This document shows positions 1-8,657 of a stretch of DNA of 64,000 nucleotides, in pieces. The stretch covers positions 1 through 64,000 of the forward strand of contig CAIWCD010000015.1 in assembly GCA_903911145.1 (NCBI GenBank), in the 5' to 3' direction. Each line of letters opens with the position of its first letter. Position 1 is the stretch's first letter. A model generated the notes under the pieces. That model was not told where the DNA came from. It saw only the letters and a list, made by a program, of their open reading frames with translations, and made no database searches. The stretch is from an uncultured delta proteobacterium (GTDB lineage Bacteria > Myxococcota > Myxococcia > Myxococcales > 40CM-4-68-19). The translations under genes and the position numbers were made by a program.

Positions 1-378
1 GTGAGGCCTCGCCGGATTCTGCGGATTCGCCTGGAGCGTGACCTGGCCACTCTGCTGTGGCGCGTTCGGCTTCGCCGGATTCTGCGGATTCTCGTGCAGC
101 GTGACCTGGCCACTCTGCTGCGGCTCGTGAGGCCTCGCCGGATTCTGCGGATTCGCGTGCAGCGTGACCTGGCCACTCTGCTGCGGCGCGTTCGGCTTCG
201 CCGGATTCTGCGGATTCGCGTGCAGCGGAACCTGGCCACCCTGCTGCGGCTCGTGAGGCCTCGCTGGATTCTGCGGATTCGCATGCAGCGTGACCTGGCC
301 ACTCTGCTGCGGCGCGTTCGGCTTCGCCGGATTCTGCGGATTCGCGTGCAGCGTGACCTGCCCGCTCTGCTGCGGCGC
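1..378. repeat. 63-bp tandem repeat, 6 copies in the window, alternating A/B variants (126-bp higher-order period)
   Basis: Units start at 1, 64, 127, 190, 253 and 316. A units begin gtgaggcctc and B units gttcggcttc. Encodes [A/E]PQQSGQVTLHANPQNPA[RPH/KPN] on the minus strand. Confidence 0.97.
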
Positions 379-1125
379 GGCAGGCTTTGCCTGTGTCGGC
401 CGCGCCTGGAGCGCACCGGACGTCGTTGCCCGTCGCGGGTCATGCGCGAGCTTGATGACTGTCGGAGCAGGCCGCCCTGGCGAAGCAACGGCGGCAGAGG
501 AAGCGACACGCTCGAGCGCAACTCCGGCCAGCATCGAGGCCCGCGAAGGCGCAGGCATGGGTGTCGCGCCGGAACCGCGATTCGACGAGGTCTCTCGAAG
601 CTGCGACTCGCGCAGTTCCTTCTCGGCGTCGAGATAGCGCAGGCGGCACGCGTCGTAGAATCGCAGCGCCTCATCCCGCCTGGACTGGAGCGCGCGCAGC
701 TTTTCAGCGACCTCGGGATGGACCCCGCCCGCCGCGCGCGCCTGGCTCAGCAACTGCGTCGTGCGATCAATGCGCGGCTGGTGCTGTTCAGCGAGCGAGA
801 GCAGATAGTCACGCCGCGGGCCGCGCAGGTGACCAAGCTCCTGCGCCAGGCTCTGCCAACTCCGGGACATCCCATCGAGCTCGCTGGTGACGTCGAGGGT
901 GCCAGAGCTGAGATAGAGGTCGTGCAGTCGCAGGTCGATGTTCTCGACGAGGTCAGGCGAAGTGCCGTCCTTCAGCAGCGCACCTCGACACCCCTGAAAC
1001 GCAAGCAGCAACGAGCGAGCAGATTCGCTCCAGCCGCGCAGCGCAGCGTCGAGGCCGGGGCCATCTTCGCGGAGCTCCTGCAGCTTGCGATCGAGGTCGG
1101 CGGCAGCAAGCGACGCCTGCGCCAT
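1..1125 (-). CDS. Hypothetical protein (3' end beyond the window): helical N-terminal region, Ala/Pro/Ser linker, then at least 6 tandem 21-aa Pro/Gln/Asn repeats
   Basis: Hand translation: ATG at 1125 (MAQASLAAADLDRKLQELREDG...) is open to position 1; alternative GTG at 1170, upstream in-frame stop at 1183-1185. Several repeat-unit differences are synonymous in this frame. Not in the ORF track. Confidence 0.8.
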   Translation of the reverse strand, partial: MAQASLAAADLDRKLQELREDGPGLDAALRGWSESARSLLLAFQGCRGALLKDGTSPDLVENIDLRLHDLYLSSGTLDVTSELDGMSRSWQSLAQELGHLRGPRRDYLLSLAEQHQPRIDRTTQLLSQARAAGGVHPEVAEKLRALQSRRDEALRFYDACRLRYLDAEKELRESQLRETSSNRGSGATPMPAPSRASMLAGVALERVASSAAVASPGRPAPTVIKLAHDPRRATTSGALQARPTQAKPAAPQQSGQVTLHANPQNPAKPNAPQQSGQVTLHANPQNPARPHEPQQGGQVPLHANPQNPAKPNAPQQSGQVTLHANPQNPARPHEPQQSGQVTLHENPQNPAKPNAPQQSGQVTLQANPQNPARPH

Positions 1126-1306
1126 CTGACGGTGGAGTGACTCTACCTGTTGTTCGCTGGCAGCGCTCACTCGAGCTCCCGGTCACCGAGATCAGGCCTC
1201 TGGCCGGAACAGAGTACATGAGCGAAGGGGCCTCAAACAAGAGGCACGTGCTTTCATTTGATGTAATTGAGATTTTCGCCGTTATCGGGATCGGCGAAAT
1301 ACGAGA

Positions 1307-1807
1307 TCAGCGATCGCTCTTCGCACGGCACTTTCCGCAGAGCCCATAGAGCTCGAGCTTGTGGCGCGTCACGGTGAAGCCGTGCTCGAGCGCGACCTCG
1401 TCCTGCAGTTCCTCGATCCGCTCGTTCTCGAACTCGATGATCGTCTGACACTTGGTGCAGATGAGGTGGTCGTGGTGGTCGCGATCGAGCGCGGCCTCGT
1501 AGCGGGTCTGGCCGTCGTCGAAGTGCCGCGCGGAGGCGAGACCCGACTCCGTGAGGATCTTCATCGTGCGGTAGACGGTCGCCGCGCCGATGTTGCGGTC
1601 CCGCAGCGAGACGCGCGCGAGCAATTCGTCGATGCTCAGGTGTCCCGACGCGCTGAAAAAAGAGTCGACGATCAGATCGCGCTGGCGCGTCTGTTTGAGT
1701 CCGCGCTCCGCAATCCAGGCTTTGAGCCGCTCCCGCGCGGCCTCGGTTCTCGCTGCGTGCTGCTGCGTGCGTGCCGCGCGCGCGCCAGAATTGGAAGCAG
1801 TGGGCAA
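1307..1807 (-). CDS. fur: Fur family transcriptional regulator
   Basis: LKQTRQR...ATVYRT winged helix, HHDHLICTKC and GLCGKC metal sites; TTG start uncertain. Confidence 0.93.
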   Translation of the reverse strand: MPTASNSGARAARTQQHAARTEAARERLKAWIAERGLKQTRQRDLIVDSFFSASGHLSIDELLARVSLRDRNIGAATVYRTMKILTESGLASARHFDDGQTRYEAALDRDHHDHLICTKCQTIIEFENERIEELQDEVALEHGFTVTRHKLELYGLCGKCRAKSDR

Positions 1808-1829
1808 GGAGTGCCTCGGGACCGACGCA

Positions 1830-1848
1830 ATTGAGAACGATTCTCAAC
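1830..1848. promoter_or_regulatory. Probable Fur box (autoregulatory operator)
   Basis: Perfect inverted repeat TTGAGAA-cga-TTCTCAA (1831-1847), AT-rich, about 25 bp upstream of fur; resembles the TTGAnAATnATTnTCAA Fur motif of deltaproteobacteria. Confidence 0.75.
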
Positions 1849-1909
1849 GAGCAAAATGGAGGTTGGGAGGCGAGTTGTCAAGCGAGACAAGCGATGCGAC
1901 CGCGGGCAG

Positions 1910-2503
1910 CTAGGGTGCCGGGCGCAACCAACCGCGCGAGGCCAACTCAGGACGCAACCGCGCGAGAGCAGCGTCGTCGGAAAGGCCCGCGGCGAGGTCT
2001 GAGCCTAGCAATCGAGTGAGCGCGGCGCGGGCCTTGCTCCTGACTCGGGCGTCGGGATCGGCGAGTCGCTCCAGTAGCGCTGCGCCATACCGAGGCCCCT
2101 GATCTCGATCGCCCGCGACCTCGGCGGCCAGCGCACGAACGCGGGGATCAAGGGAGTTCATCAACTCGGCAACGTCATCGCCGCTGGTGTCTTCGAACTT
2201 CGCGCGGGTCGCGATTGCGCGCCGCGTGCTCGGCAACAGCAGCACGAACACGAGAGCGCCCAGCCCAATCTGGAACAGGCCCGTCGAGGATGGGTAATGA
2301 CGAGCGCGGATGAGCGCGAGTCGATAGACGGCGAAGATGAGGAGGAATGCGCCGAAGAGAACCGGCGCGACGGCCGAGGCCCAGGGCGGCATGCGCGGCC
2401 CGACCGTCTCGCTCGTCGCCCAGAACGAGACGAGCGCGGAGCCGACCAGCAGTGCGTAGAGCGCGGGTCGCAAGCGCTGAATGAACGCCAATCCCGACTG
2501 CAC
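1910..2503 (-). CDS. Membrane protein (about 3 TM) with C-terminal HEAT repeats
   Basis: Hydrophobic segments then DPRVRALAAEVAG and DPDARVRSKARAAL HEAT-like motifs; start moved to GTG 2503 because the longer ORF overlaps the cyclase. Confidence 0.7.
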   Translation of the reverse strand: MQSGLAFIQRLRPALYALLVGSALVSFWATSETVGPRMPPWASAVAPVLFGAFLLIFAVYRLALIRARHYPSSTGLFQIGLGALVFVLLLPSTRRAIATRAKFEDTSGDDVAELMNSLDPRVRALAAEVAGDRDQGPRYGAALLERLADPDARVRSKARAALTRLLGSDLAAGLSDDAALARLRPELASRGWLRPAP

Positions 2504-2564
2504 GCGCGGCGTGCGGCGTGAGGAAGATTGCACTGGCGGATTGGAAGCGGGCACGTGGCGGGGT

Positions 2565-4952
2565 CTACCCCGGCGAGGCGCTGGCGTCCAGAACAGCGGC
2601 AATGCGATTGAGTCCGCGATTCGCCTCGTCGTAGCGCCCGTCGGAGTAGGACAGCGTGACGTCGCGAAAGAGCGTCTCGACCTCCTTGCGCTGCACATCG
2701 CTGAGTTTGGCAGATGCGCGCTGGCTCTGCAGGCGTCGCATTTTCTGCTCGACGAGTCGCTGGTCGACCTGCAGCTGCTTGGCCGCACGAGCGAGTTCCA
2801 CGAGCAGGTCACCAGCGCGCGCAAAATCGCCTTGTCTGCGCGCGGCCCAGATATCGGCGTTGAGCGGCTGATCCTCAATGGGAAGGTCGCCAATCAGCAC
2901 GCCTCGCGCAGCGAGTTCGTCGAGGAGTTTCTTGTGGCGGGACTCGACGGACGCGGCCTGTGGAACATCGCGGGCCGAGCTCGCCTGCTGCTGAGACGCG
3001 GGTGCTTGCGCCGTCTTCAGATCGGAAGACTTCGCGGCGAACGCGCGCTCGGAGTCGGCCTGCGCGGCCTCCCGTGCAGCGAGCGCTTTTTCTCGGCGAG
3101 CCAGGTCCGTGTCGCGCTCGGCAAGACGGGATTCGCGCATCGCGATCGATGCCTCGCGCGCAGCGAGAGCGCTCGGGTCGGCCAAACTGGGCGCGTCGAT
3201 CGCCGCCTTCTTCGCATCGACTTCACTCTTCTTCGCAATCACCGTCTGCACGCTCGCGACGACCTCGGTCTGCTTCTCGCGCGCCTTGCGAATCTCCTCG
3301 TCGAGCCGGCGGCGCTGCTCCGCGTCAGCGGCCCCGACGCTCTTGACCAGATCACCGATTTGCGCGTCGAGCTGCTCTTTCTGCGCGTGCAGCTCCGCCT
3401 CGCGATCCTGCAGCGCCTTCTCCTGCAGCTCAAGCTCGCGTCGATCGCCGCGCACGGTGATGGTCAGCTCGTCGGCCGCGCCCGACTGATCACGCTCGCA
3501 GCCGAGCGGCATCGCCAGACAGACGAGCGCGAGCAAAGCCGCAGAAGCTTTGAGCGCGCGCACTTCCCAGAGTTGAACCAGCTCTCGCTTTCCCTTGAGC
3601 TTCACCGGCTCGCGCGCGACGACTTCGACGTGCTCCGCGACGCGCTCGTAGATCGATTGAGACACCAGAACCTCGCCTGCTTTGGCTTGCGACTCGAGCC
3701 GCTGGGCCGTGTTGATCGCATCGCCGATCACTGTGTACTCGAGCCGCTGGGCCGCGCCCAGATTGCCCGCGAGCGCTTCGCCGCTGTTGATGCCGATGCC
3801 GAACTCGACCACGGGAAGTCCGCGCGCGATGCGCTGTTGGGAGAGCGCGTGGGCGTTCGCCTGGATCTCGAGAGCAGCCCGCACCGCAGAGAGTTCAGGC
3901 TTCACCGCCGCGCGTGGCGCGCCCCAGAGGCAGAGCGCGGCATCTCCGATGAACTTGTTCACCGTCCCTCCGCGGCGCAAGACGGCCTCGACCATCACCT
4001 GGAAATAGTCGTTGAGCAGCGCGACCATCTCCTGCGGCGTGAGCAACTCGGAGAGGCTGGTGAAGCCACGCACGTCGAGGAAGAGCGCAGTGACGAGCCG
4101 GGTCTCGCCACGCAGCGAGAGGTCGTCGGACTCAGAGAGGATGCGCTCGGCGACATCTCCGGAGACATAACGGTCGAGCGTTCCGCGCAGACGTTCGCGC
4201 TCGCGCAGACCCTGGAGCATCGAGTTGAATGCACGCGCCAGGTCTCCGATTTCGTCGCGTGCGTGCGACTGCACCTCGAGCGCGGCGTCGAACTCGCCCT
4301 TCTGTGTGCGGCCCATCGCTCCCGCGAGCGCCGTGAGCGGGAGCGAGAGTTGGCGGGCCATCAGCGCGGCGCAAAACAGCTCGAAGGCCAGCAGCAGCAC
4401 GAGCAGCACGAGCTCGCGCAGGAGGACAGCTCGGGCCTCGGCGTCGATGGAGTTGGTCGACAGGCCGAGGAGCATCCGACCGACCGGCGCGCTGGCGCCC
4501 TCGAGTTTGAGCGAGACGGCGAGTTGCTGCACGCCGTCGTGGTGCAGCGCAAGCTGTTGCAGACCGTGCAGAGAGTCAGTCCGGTAGAGGGCGAGCAAGC
4601 GCGGCGACAGCCGACCGAGGAGCTTCGGATTGACCACCGAGGCCGACTCGAGGAGCGCTCCTTTCTCGTCGTAGAGCAGGGCGAAAACCAGCTCCTGCCC
4701 CGGCGTGCCCGACGAGTTGATGACCAGATCCTGCATGACATCGGAGCGGAACGAGACCCCCTCGGCCGAGAGCCGCACGATCATCGGAGAGAGCGGCCGC
4801 ACTCGCTCGAGAGCGAGGTGACGCTGCGTCGCAAGTTTCGCCTTCCACGGCACGTAGACCGTGACGATGGCGAACGCCGCGACGGCCACCATCAGCAGCG
4901 CGGCCGTCAGCAGAGCGATCTTCCTGCGAAGCGTGAATCGAGGTCGGGGCAT
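2565..4952 (-). CDS. Class III adenylate cyclase (TM-sensor-TM-HAMP-cyclase) with C-terminal hydrophobic segment and coiled-coil extension
   Basis: HAMP (PLTALAGAM...DEIGDLARAFNSML); cyclase motifs FLDVRGFT, NKFIGDA, YTVIGDAINTAQRLES; Lys/Thr pair indicates ATP specificity. Confidence 0.9.
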   Translation of the reverse strand: MPRPRFTLRRKIALLTAALLMVAVAAFAIVTVYVPWKAKLATQRHLALERVRPLSPMIVRLSAEGVSFRSDVMQDLVINSSGTPGQELVFALLYDEKGALLESASVVNPKLLGRLSPRLLALYRTDSLHGLQQLALHHDGVQQLAVSLKLEGASAPVGRMLLGLSTNSIDAEARAVLLRELVLLVLLLAFELFCAALMARQLSLPLTALAGAMGRTQKGEFDAALEVQSHARDEIGDLARAFNSMLQGLRERERLRGTLDRYVSGDVAERILSESDDLSLRGETRLVTALFLDVRGFTSLSELLTPQEMVALLNDYFQVMVEAVLRRGGTVNKFIGDAALCLWGAPRAAVKPELSAVRAALEIQANAHALSQQRIARGLPVVEFGIGINSGEALAGNLGAAQRLEYTVIGDAINTAQRLESQAKAGEVLVSQSIYERVAEHVEVVAREPVKLKGKRELVQLWEVRALKASAALLALVCLAMPLGCERDQSGAADELTITVRGDRRELELQEKALQDREAELHAQKEQLDAQIGDLVKSVGAADAEQRRRLDEEIRKAREKQTEVVASVQTVIAKKSEVDAKKAAIDAPSLADPSALAAREASIAMRESRLAERDTDLARREKALAAREAAQADSERAFAAKSSDLKTAQAPASQQQASSARDVPQAASVESRHKKLLDELAARGVLIGDLPIEDQPLNADIWAARRQGDFARAGDLLVELARAAKQLQVDQRLVEQKMRRLQSQRASAKLSDVQRKEVETLFRDVTLSYSDGRYDEANRGLNRIAAVLDASASPG

Positions 4953-5096
4953 GGTCAGGACGAAGAAGCGCCGTCGGGCGGCGGACTGTACACGGCCCTT
5001 GCGATGCGTGCGACAGAGAGAAGTTCAGGGGGCCACGCAGGAGGGACGACGATCGGAGCTTCTTCCTCTCGCCACTGTGCTATGTGCCGCGGCGCG

Positions 5097-6629
5097 ATGC
5101 GGGATCCAAACGCGGTCGAGGCGAAGCTGGTGACGTTGGTTCGCGAGTTGTCGCGACGCGCAGGCCGCGCTGCGACCGAAGAAGAGGCGCGCGCAGCACT
5201 CGCACCTCTGTCCGCAGACGAGGAGCAGGAACTCCTCGGGTACGCGCAGCACGAGCCACCTGCGCGGCCGCTCGGACCGATGGCGTGGGCCGACCTGGCG
5301 CGAGGAACAGCGCCCCAGACGGCGGCCGCGCGCGAGCTGACGGGCTACTACGCATTGCAGGTCGAACGAGACGCGCTTGCGCAGATGTTGACGGCGAAGG
5401 ACCTGGCCGGCCTCGCGGCGTCCGGTGGCGCCGAAGGTCGAAGCGCGGAGCGTCGCGCGCCGAAAATTGAGCGGACGCAACCGACCACTTCGAGAGCGAT
5501 GGCGCTGCGCGCTGAGCGCAAGGAGCCACTGCCGCGAGAGGTCCCGCTGATCGCGAAGCCCGTCGAGAGGAAGCCGCTGCCGTCGAAAGAAAAGAAGGCG
5601 AAAGGCGCGCCGAACGAGGAGCGCGCGGGACAGCTGCTCACTCTCTTCGCCTACCACCGCGACACGGCGCTCGTCGCCAAGGCGCTTGGCTGGTCACTCG
5701 ACGAGTTGACGGCAGAGGTGGACAGGCTGCAGTTGCGGCGCAAGACGGGAAAGCTGTTGCGCGGGCTCGACACGGAGATGCCGGTCGCGACGTCGCGCAA
5801 GTCTTCCGCGAGCGTTCCCGTGCTGCGTCGGTCAGCAAAGGAGAAGGAGGAGACCGCGGCGCGCAAGGAGGCCGAGCGCGCGCTCGCAGCGATCGCAGCG
5901 CAGGAGGAACAGAGCCGGAGAGAGAAGGAGCCACCTGCGTCGAAGCGCATTCCCGGTCGAAGCCTATCAAGCGCGGCGGGCGTGCGCGCGAAGCCAGACG
6001 ATGTGGCGAAAGCGGTTGCTGCGCCGAAGCGCGAGCCGGCTCGCCCGGAGAAGAAAGAGCGCACTGCGGAGCTCCCCTCGGCAGCGCAAGGAGAGGAGTT
6101 GCGTGCGGTCCTGCGCGAAGTCGGGCCGCGTCGCGCAGCACTGGCCGCAAGGCTCGGCACGCCAGCGCGGCCGCTCTCCCCTGCAGCGCTGCTCGCGCGA
6201 TTTCGCGCTGCAGGATTGGAACGCGAATTCGGCCAACGCGAACGCGATCTCATCCGCGCTCTGGTCTCGCGCCATCGCGGCGCGTTCAAGCTGGCCGCGG
6301 CAGATCTTGGCACCACCCGGCATGAACTCGAAGAGCTGATCCGCGAGCGGGGGCTGGCGCGGGAACTCGAATCCCTGCGCGAGCGCCAGCGGACGACTGC
6401 GCGAGCGGCCCGTTGGCCGAAGGCGAGCATCGCGCTGCTCCTCGAGAAGCGGGACTGGCTGGCGGATCTTGGATTGCTCGACGAGCTCGAGGCCGATGCG
6501 CGGGCTCGCGTGCAGCTGATCTGGAAGGAACTCGCCGCTGGAGACGAACGCATCGACGCGCTCGCCAAGACGCTTGGCGTACTGCCGGGCGAAGCGCAGG
6601 CTCTCGCAACGCAGTTCTCACTGCGCTAG
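5097..6629 (+). CDS. Hypothetical protein with Fis-like helix-turn-helix segments
   Basis: Real part of ORF 2481..6629 from MRDPNAVEAK; ERDLIRALVSRHRGAFKLAAADLGTTRHEL and TALVAKALGWSLDEL resemble Fis-type HTH. Confidence 0.65.
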   Translation: MRDPNAVEAKLVTLVRELSRRAGRAATEEEARAALAPLSADEEQELLGYAQHEPPARPLGPMAWADLARGTAPQTAAARELTGYYALQVERDALAQMLTAKDLAGLAASGGAEGRSAERRAPKIERTQPTTSRAMALRAERKEPLPREVPLIAKPVERKPLPSKEKKAKGAPNEERAGQLLTLFAYHRDTALVAKALGWSLDELTAEVDRLQLRRKTGKLLRGLDTEMPVATSRKSSASVPVLRRSAKEKEETAARKEAERALAAIAAQEEQSRREKEPPASKRIPGRSLSSAAGVRAKPDDVAKAVAAPKREPARPEKKERTAELPSAAQGEELRAVLREVGPRRAALAARLGTPARPLSPAALLARFRAAGLEREFGQRERDLIRALVSRHRGAFKLAAADLGTTRHELEELIRERGLARELESLRERQRTTARAARWPKASIALLLEKRDWLADLGLLDELEADARARVQLIWKELAAGDERIDALAKTLGVLPGEAQALATQFSLR

Positions 6630-6663
6630 CGCTAAACAAAACACCCGCTGTTAGAGTTGACCC

Positions 6664-7047
6664 ATGCCCATCTACGAGTTTCGCTGTGAAGCATGCGGAG
6701 GCGTCCAGGAGCGGTTGCAGAAGCTCTCGGATCCGCCGCCCGAGGCCTGCCCGAAGTGCGGCGGGAAGATGGCCAGGATCATGAGCCTCAACTCGTTCCA
6801 GCTCAAGGGAGGCGGCTGGTACAAGGACCTCTACTCGAGCACTGGCGCGAGCAGCAGCGAGAGCAGCGGCGGCTCGGCGAGCATTCCCCCGTCGAGCGGA
6901 TCGGCAGGCGGCGCGAGCACGCCAGCAGCGCCCAGTGCGGCCCCGAGCACCAGCGCAGCCCCCGCAAGCACCAACTCCGGCAGCGACTCGGGCGCCAAAA
7001 GCAGCGCGTCCGGCTCCACCGCCAGCAGCGGGAAGTCGGACGCGTAG
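6664..7047 (+). CDS. FmdB family zinc-ribbon protein with Ser/Ala/Gly tail
   Basis: MPIYEFRCEACG...CPKCGG...FQLKGGGWY. Confidence 0.92.
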   Translation: MPIYEFRCEACGGVQERLQKLSDPPPEACPKCGGKMARIMSLNSFQLKGGGWYKDLYSSTGASSSESSGGSASIPPSSGSAGGASTPAAPSAAPSTSAAPASTNSGSDSGAKSSASGSTASSGKSDA

Positions 7048-7125
7048 AAGCTGATCAAGCTATGTCGATCGCTCCCGAGCGCTGGGCGCAGGAGAGCGAT
7101 CTACGTCCAGCGATGCAGCGAAGCT

Positions 7126-7287
7126 CTACGCCTCGGCGCGGGCTTCGGCCTTCTTCGCCGGAGCCTTCTTCGCGGCCGACTTGGTGCCGACCGCCTTGGC
7201 CGCGGCCTTCTGGCGCTTCACCCGCTGCTTGTGCTGCTTGCGGCGGCGCATGACGAGACGGACGTGCTTGCTCTTGGAACGGGCCAT
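7126..7287 (-). CDS. Small highly basic protein (53 aa)
   Basis: Hand translation MARSKSKHVRLVMRRRKQHKQRVKRQKAAAKAVGTKSAAKKAPAKKAEARAEA*; AGGAG RBS upstream; GC-ending codons; below the ORF-track cutoff. Confidence 0.85.
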   Translation of the reverse strand: MARSKSKHVRLVMRRRKQHKQRVKRQKAAAKAVGTKSAAKKAPAKKAEARAEA

Positions 7288-7389
7288 GCTTCTGACTCCT
7301 CGAAGTTGCGCGCGGATGTGGCCGCGCGATCGGCAAAAGGGCGCGCACCATAGCAGGCGCAGGAGAGACGTGGGTGAAAATCTCTCTCG

Positions 7390-8640
7390 TTATTTCTCGC
7401 TCGCCCCGGAAGAAGGGGGCGCGGCGAGAGATGTCGGAGCAGTTTCTGCGTGCGCGCCCGAGTGCGTCTCCACCGCGCTGGGAGCGGATGCGCGCACGTT
7501 CGAGTCGAGATCCCAGCGATCGAGCAACTCCTTCACTTCCGCGAGCGGCAGCGCCGGCGAGTTCCCATTCGGCCCGTCGAGGTCGCGCGCCATCGTCAGC
7601 GAATTGAGGATCGCCTCTTCGGTCGCTTCGATCGCCGCCGCGTAGAGCGGATCGAGCCGCGGGTCGAGGAGCATCTTCATCCGGTAGATCATCTTGTCGG
7701 TCACACGCGGCACCGTGTTGGCCGTGCTGAACGCGAGGATGATCTCTCCCGAACCGTGCGCGGCGATGCTGCCTGCGCGGCCGATGCCGAGCGCGACCCG
7801 CTTGGAGATGCGACCGAGTTGGTGCGTCGAGAGCGGCGCGTCGGTGGCGACGACGGCGATGATGCTGCCGTAGTTCAGCTTGCGCTTGGGCATCGCGCGA
7901 TAGCGCGCCTCAAGCACGGTCCCGACAGGAAAGCCGGCCACGCGCAGGTCGCGCATATGGCCAAAGTTGTTCATCACCAGGACGCCGATGGTGTAGCCGC
8001 CGAACTCCTGCGGCAGCTTGCGGCTCGAGGTGCCGATGCCGCTCTTGAAGTCGCAGCAGATCATTCCGGTGCCGCCGCCGACCGAGCCCTCCGCGACCGG
8101 TCCGCTGCTTGCCGTGCGCAATGCTTCAAAGACGTTCTCGGCCTTGACGTGTCGGCCCGCGGAATCGTTGAGCCAGGAGTCGTCGCACTCGCCGACGAGT
8201 GGAATCAGCACGTCGTGTTCGCCGCCGATGCCCGGATAGGTCTCGATCATCCACTGCACGGCCGCGTCGCTGACCTGTCCGACAGAGAGCGTGTTGGTGA
8301 GGAAGATCGGAGTTTCGATCAGGCCCCACTCCATCATCTGCGTCAGGCCCGATACCTCGCCCGCGCCGTTGAGGACGAAGCCGCCGCCAACGATTCGCTG
8401 CGCGAAGATGTTCTTCTCGTTGCAGAGGATCGCGGTGACGCCAGTGCGCACCGGCCCCTTGCCCCGCTTGAGCGGGCCCTTTCCGCGGATGATCGTCGAG
8501 TGGCCGACCTGCACGCCGGCCACGTCGGTGATCGCGTTCCATCGGCCCGTCGCAAATCTCCCAAGAGCGGTGCTCGTGGGGCGAAAGAGTTCGCGCGCAC
8601 GCACGCGCTTCTCGACGGGCCTGGTGTCCGTGGCATCCAT
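7390..8640 (-). CDS. P1/S58 family (DmpA-like) aminopeptidase
   Basis: NAITDVAGVQVGH, VGECDDSWLND, EGSVGGGTGM, autoprocessing site G/SIIAVVATDAPL. Confidence 0.93.
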   Translation of the reverse strand: MDATDTRPVEKRVRARELFRPTSTALGRFATGRWNAITDVAGVQVGHSTIIRGKGPLKRGKGPVRTGVTAILCNEKNIFAQRIVGGGFVLNGAGEVSGLTQMMEWGLIETPIFLTNTLSVGQVSDAAVQWMIETYPGIGGEHDVLIPLVGECDDSWLNDSAGRHVKAENVFEALRTASSGPVAEGSVGGGTGMICCDFKSGIGTSSRKLPQEFGGYTIGVLVMNNFGHMRDLRVAGFPVGTVLEARYRAMPKRKLNYGSIIAVVATDAPLSTHQLGRISKRVALGIGRAGSIAAHGSGEIILAFSTANTVPRVTDKMIYRMKMLLDPRLDPLYAAAIEATEEAILNSLTMARDLDGPNGNSPALPLAEVKELLDRWDLDSNVRASAPSAVETHSGAHAETAPTSLAAPPSSGASEK

Positions 8641-8657
8641 GAATTTCCTGCCTCAGG

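Noticed and set aside
1..378. 63-bp repeat as a CRISPR array or non-coding repeat
   Set aside because: No unique spacers, unit length divisible by 3, synonymous variation in the minus frame, no cas genes in the window
1..1140. Plus-strand 379-aa Arg/Leu-rich ORF
   Set aside because: Antisense shadow of the minus-strand repeat protein
1254..1285. Second Fur box upstream of the repeat-protein gene
   Set aside because: AT-rich with only a half-site (AATTGAGAT) and no matching inverted half; more likely an ordinary promoter
2481..5096. N-terminal part of the 1382-aa plus-strand ORF
   Set aside because: Antisense to the adenylate cyclase; a plausible protein only begins at ATG 5097
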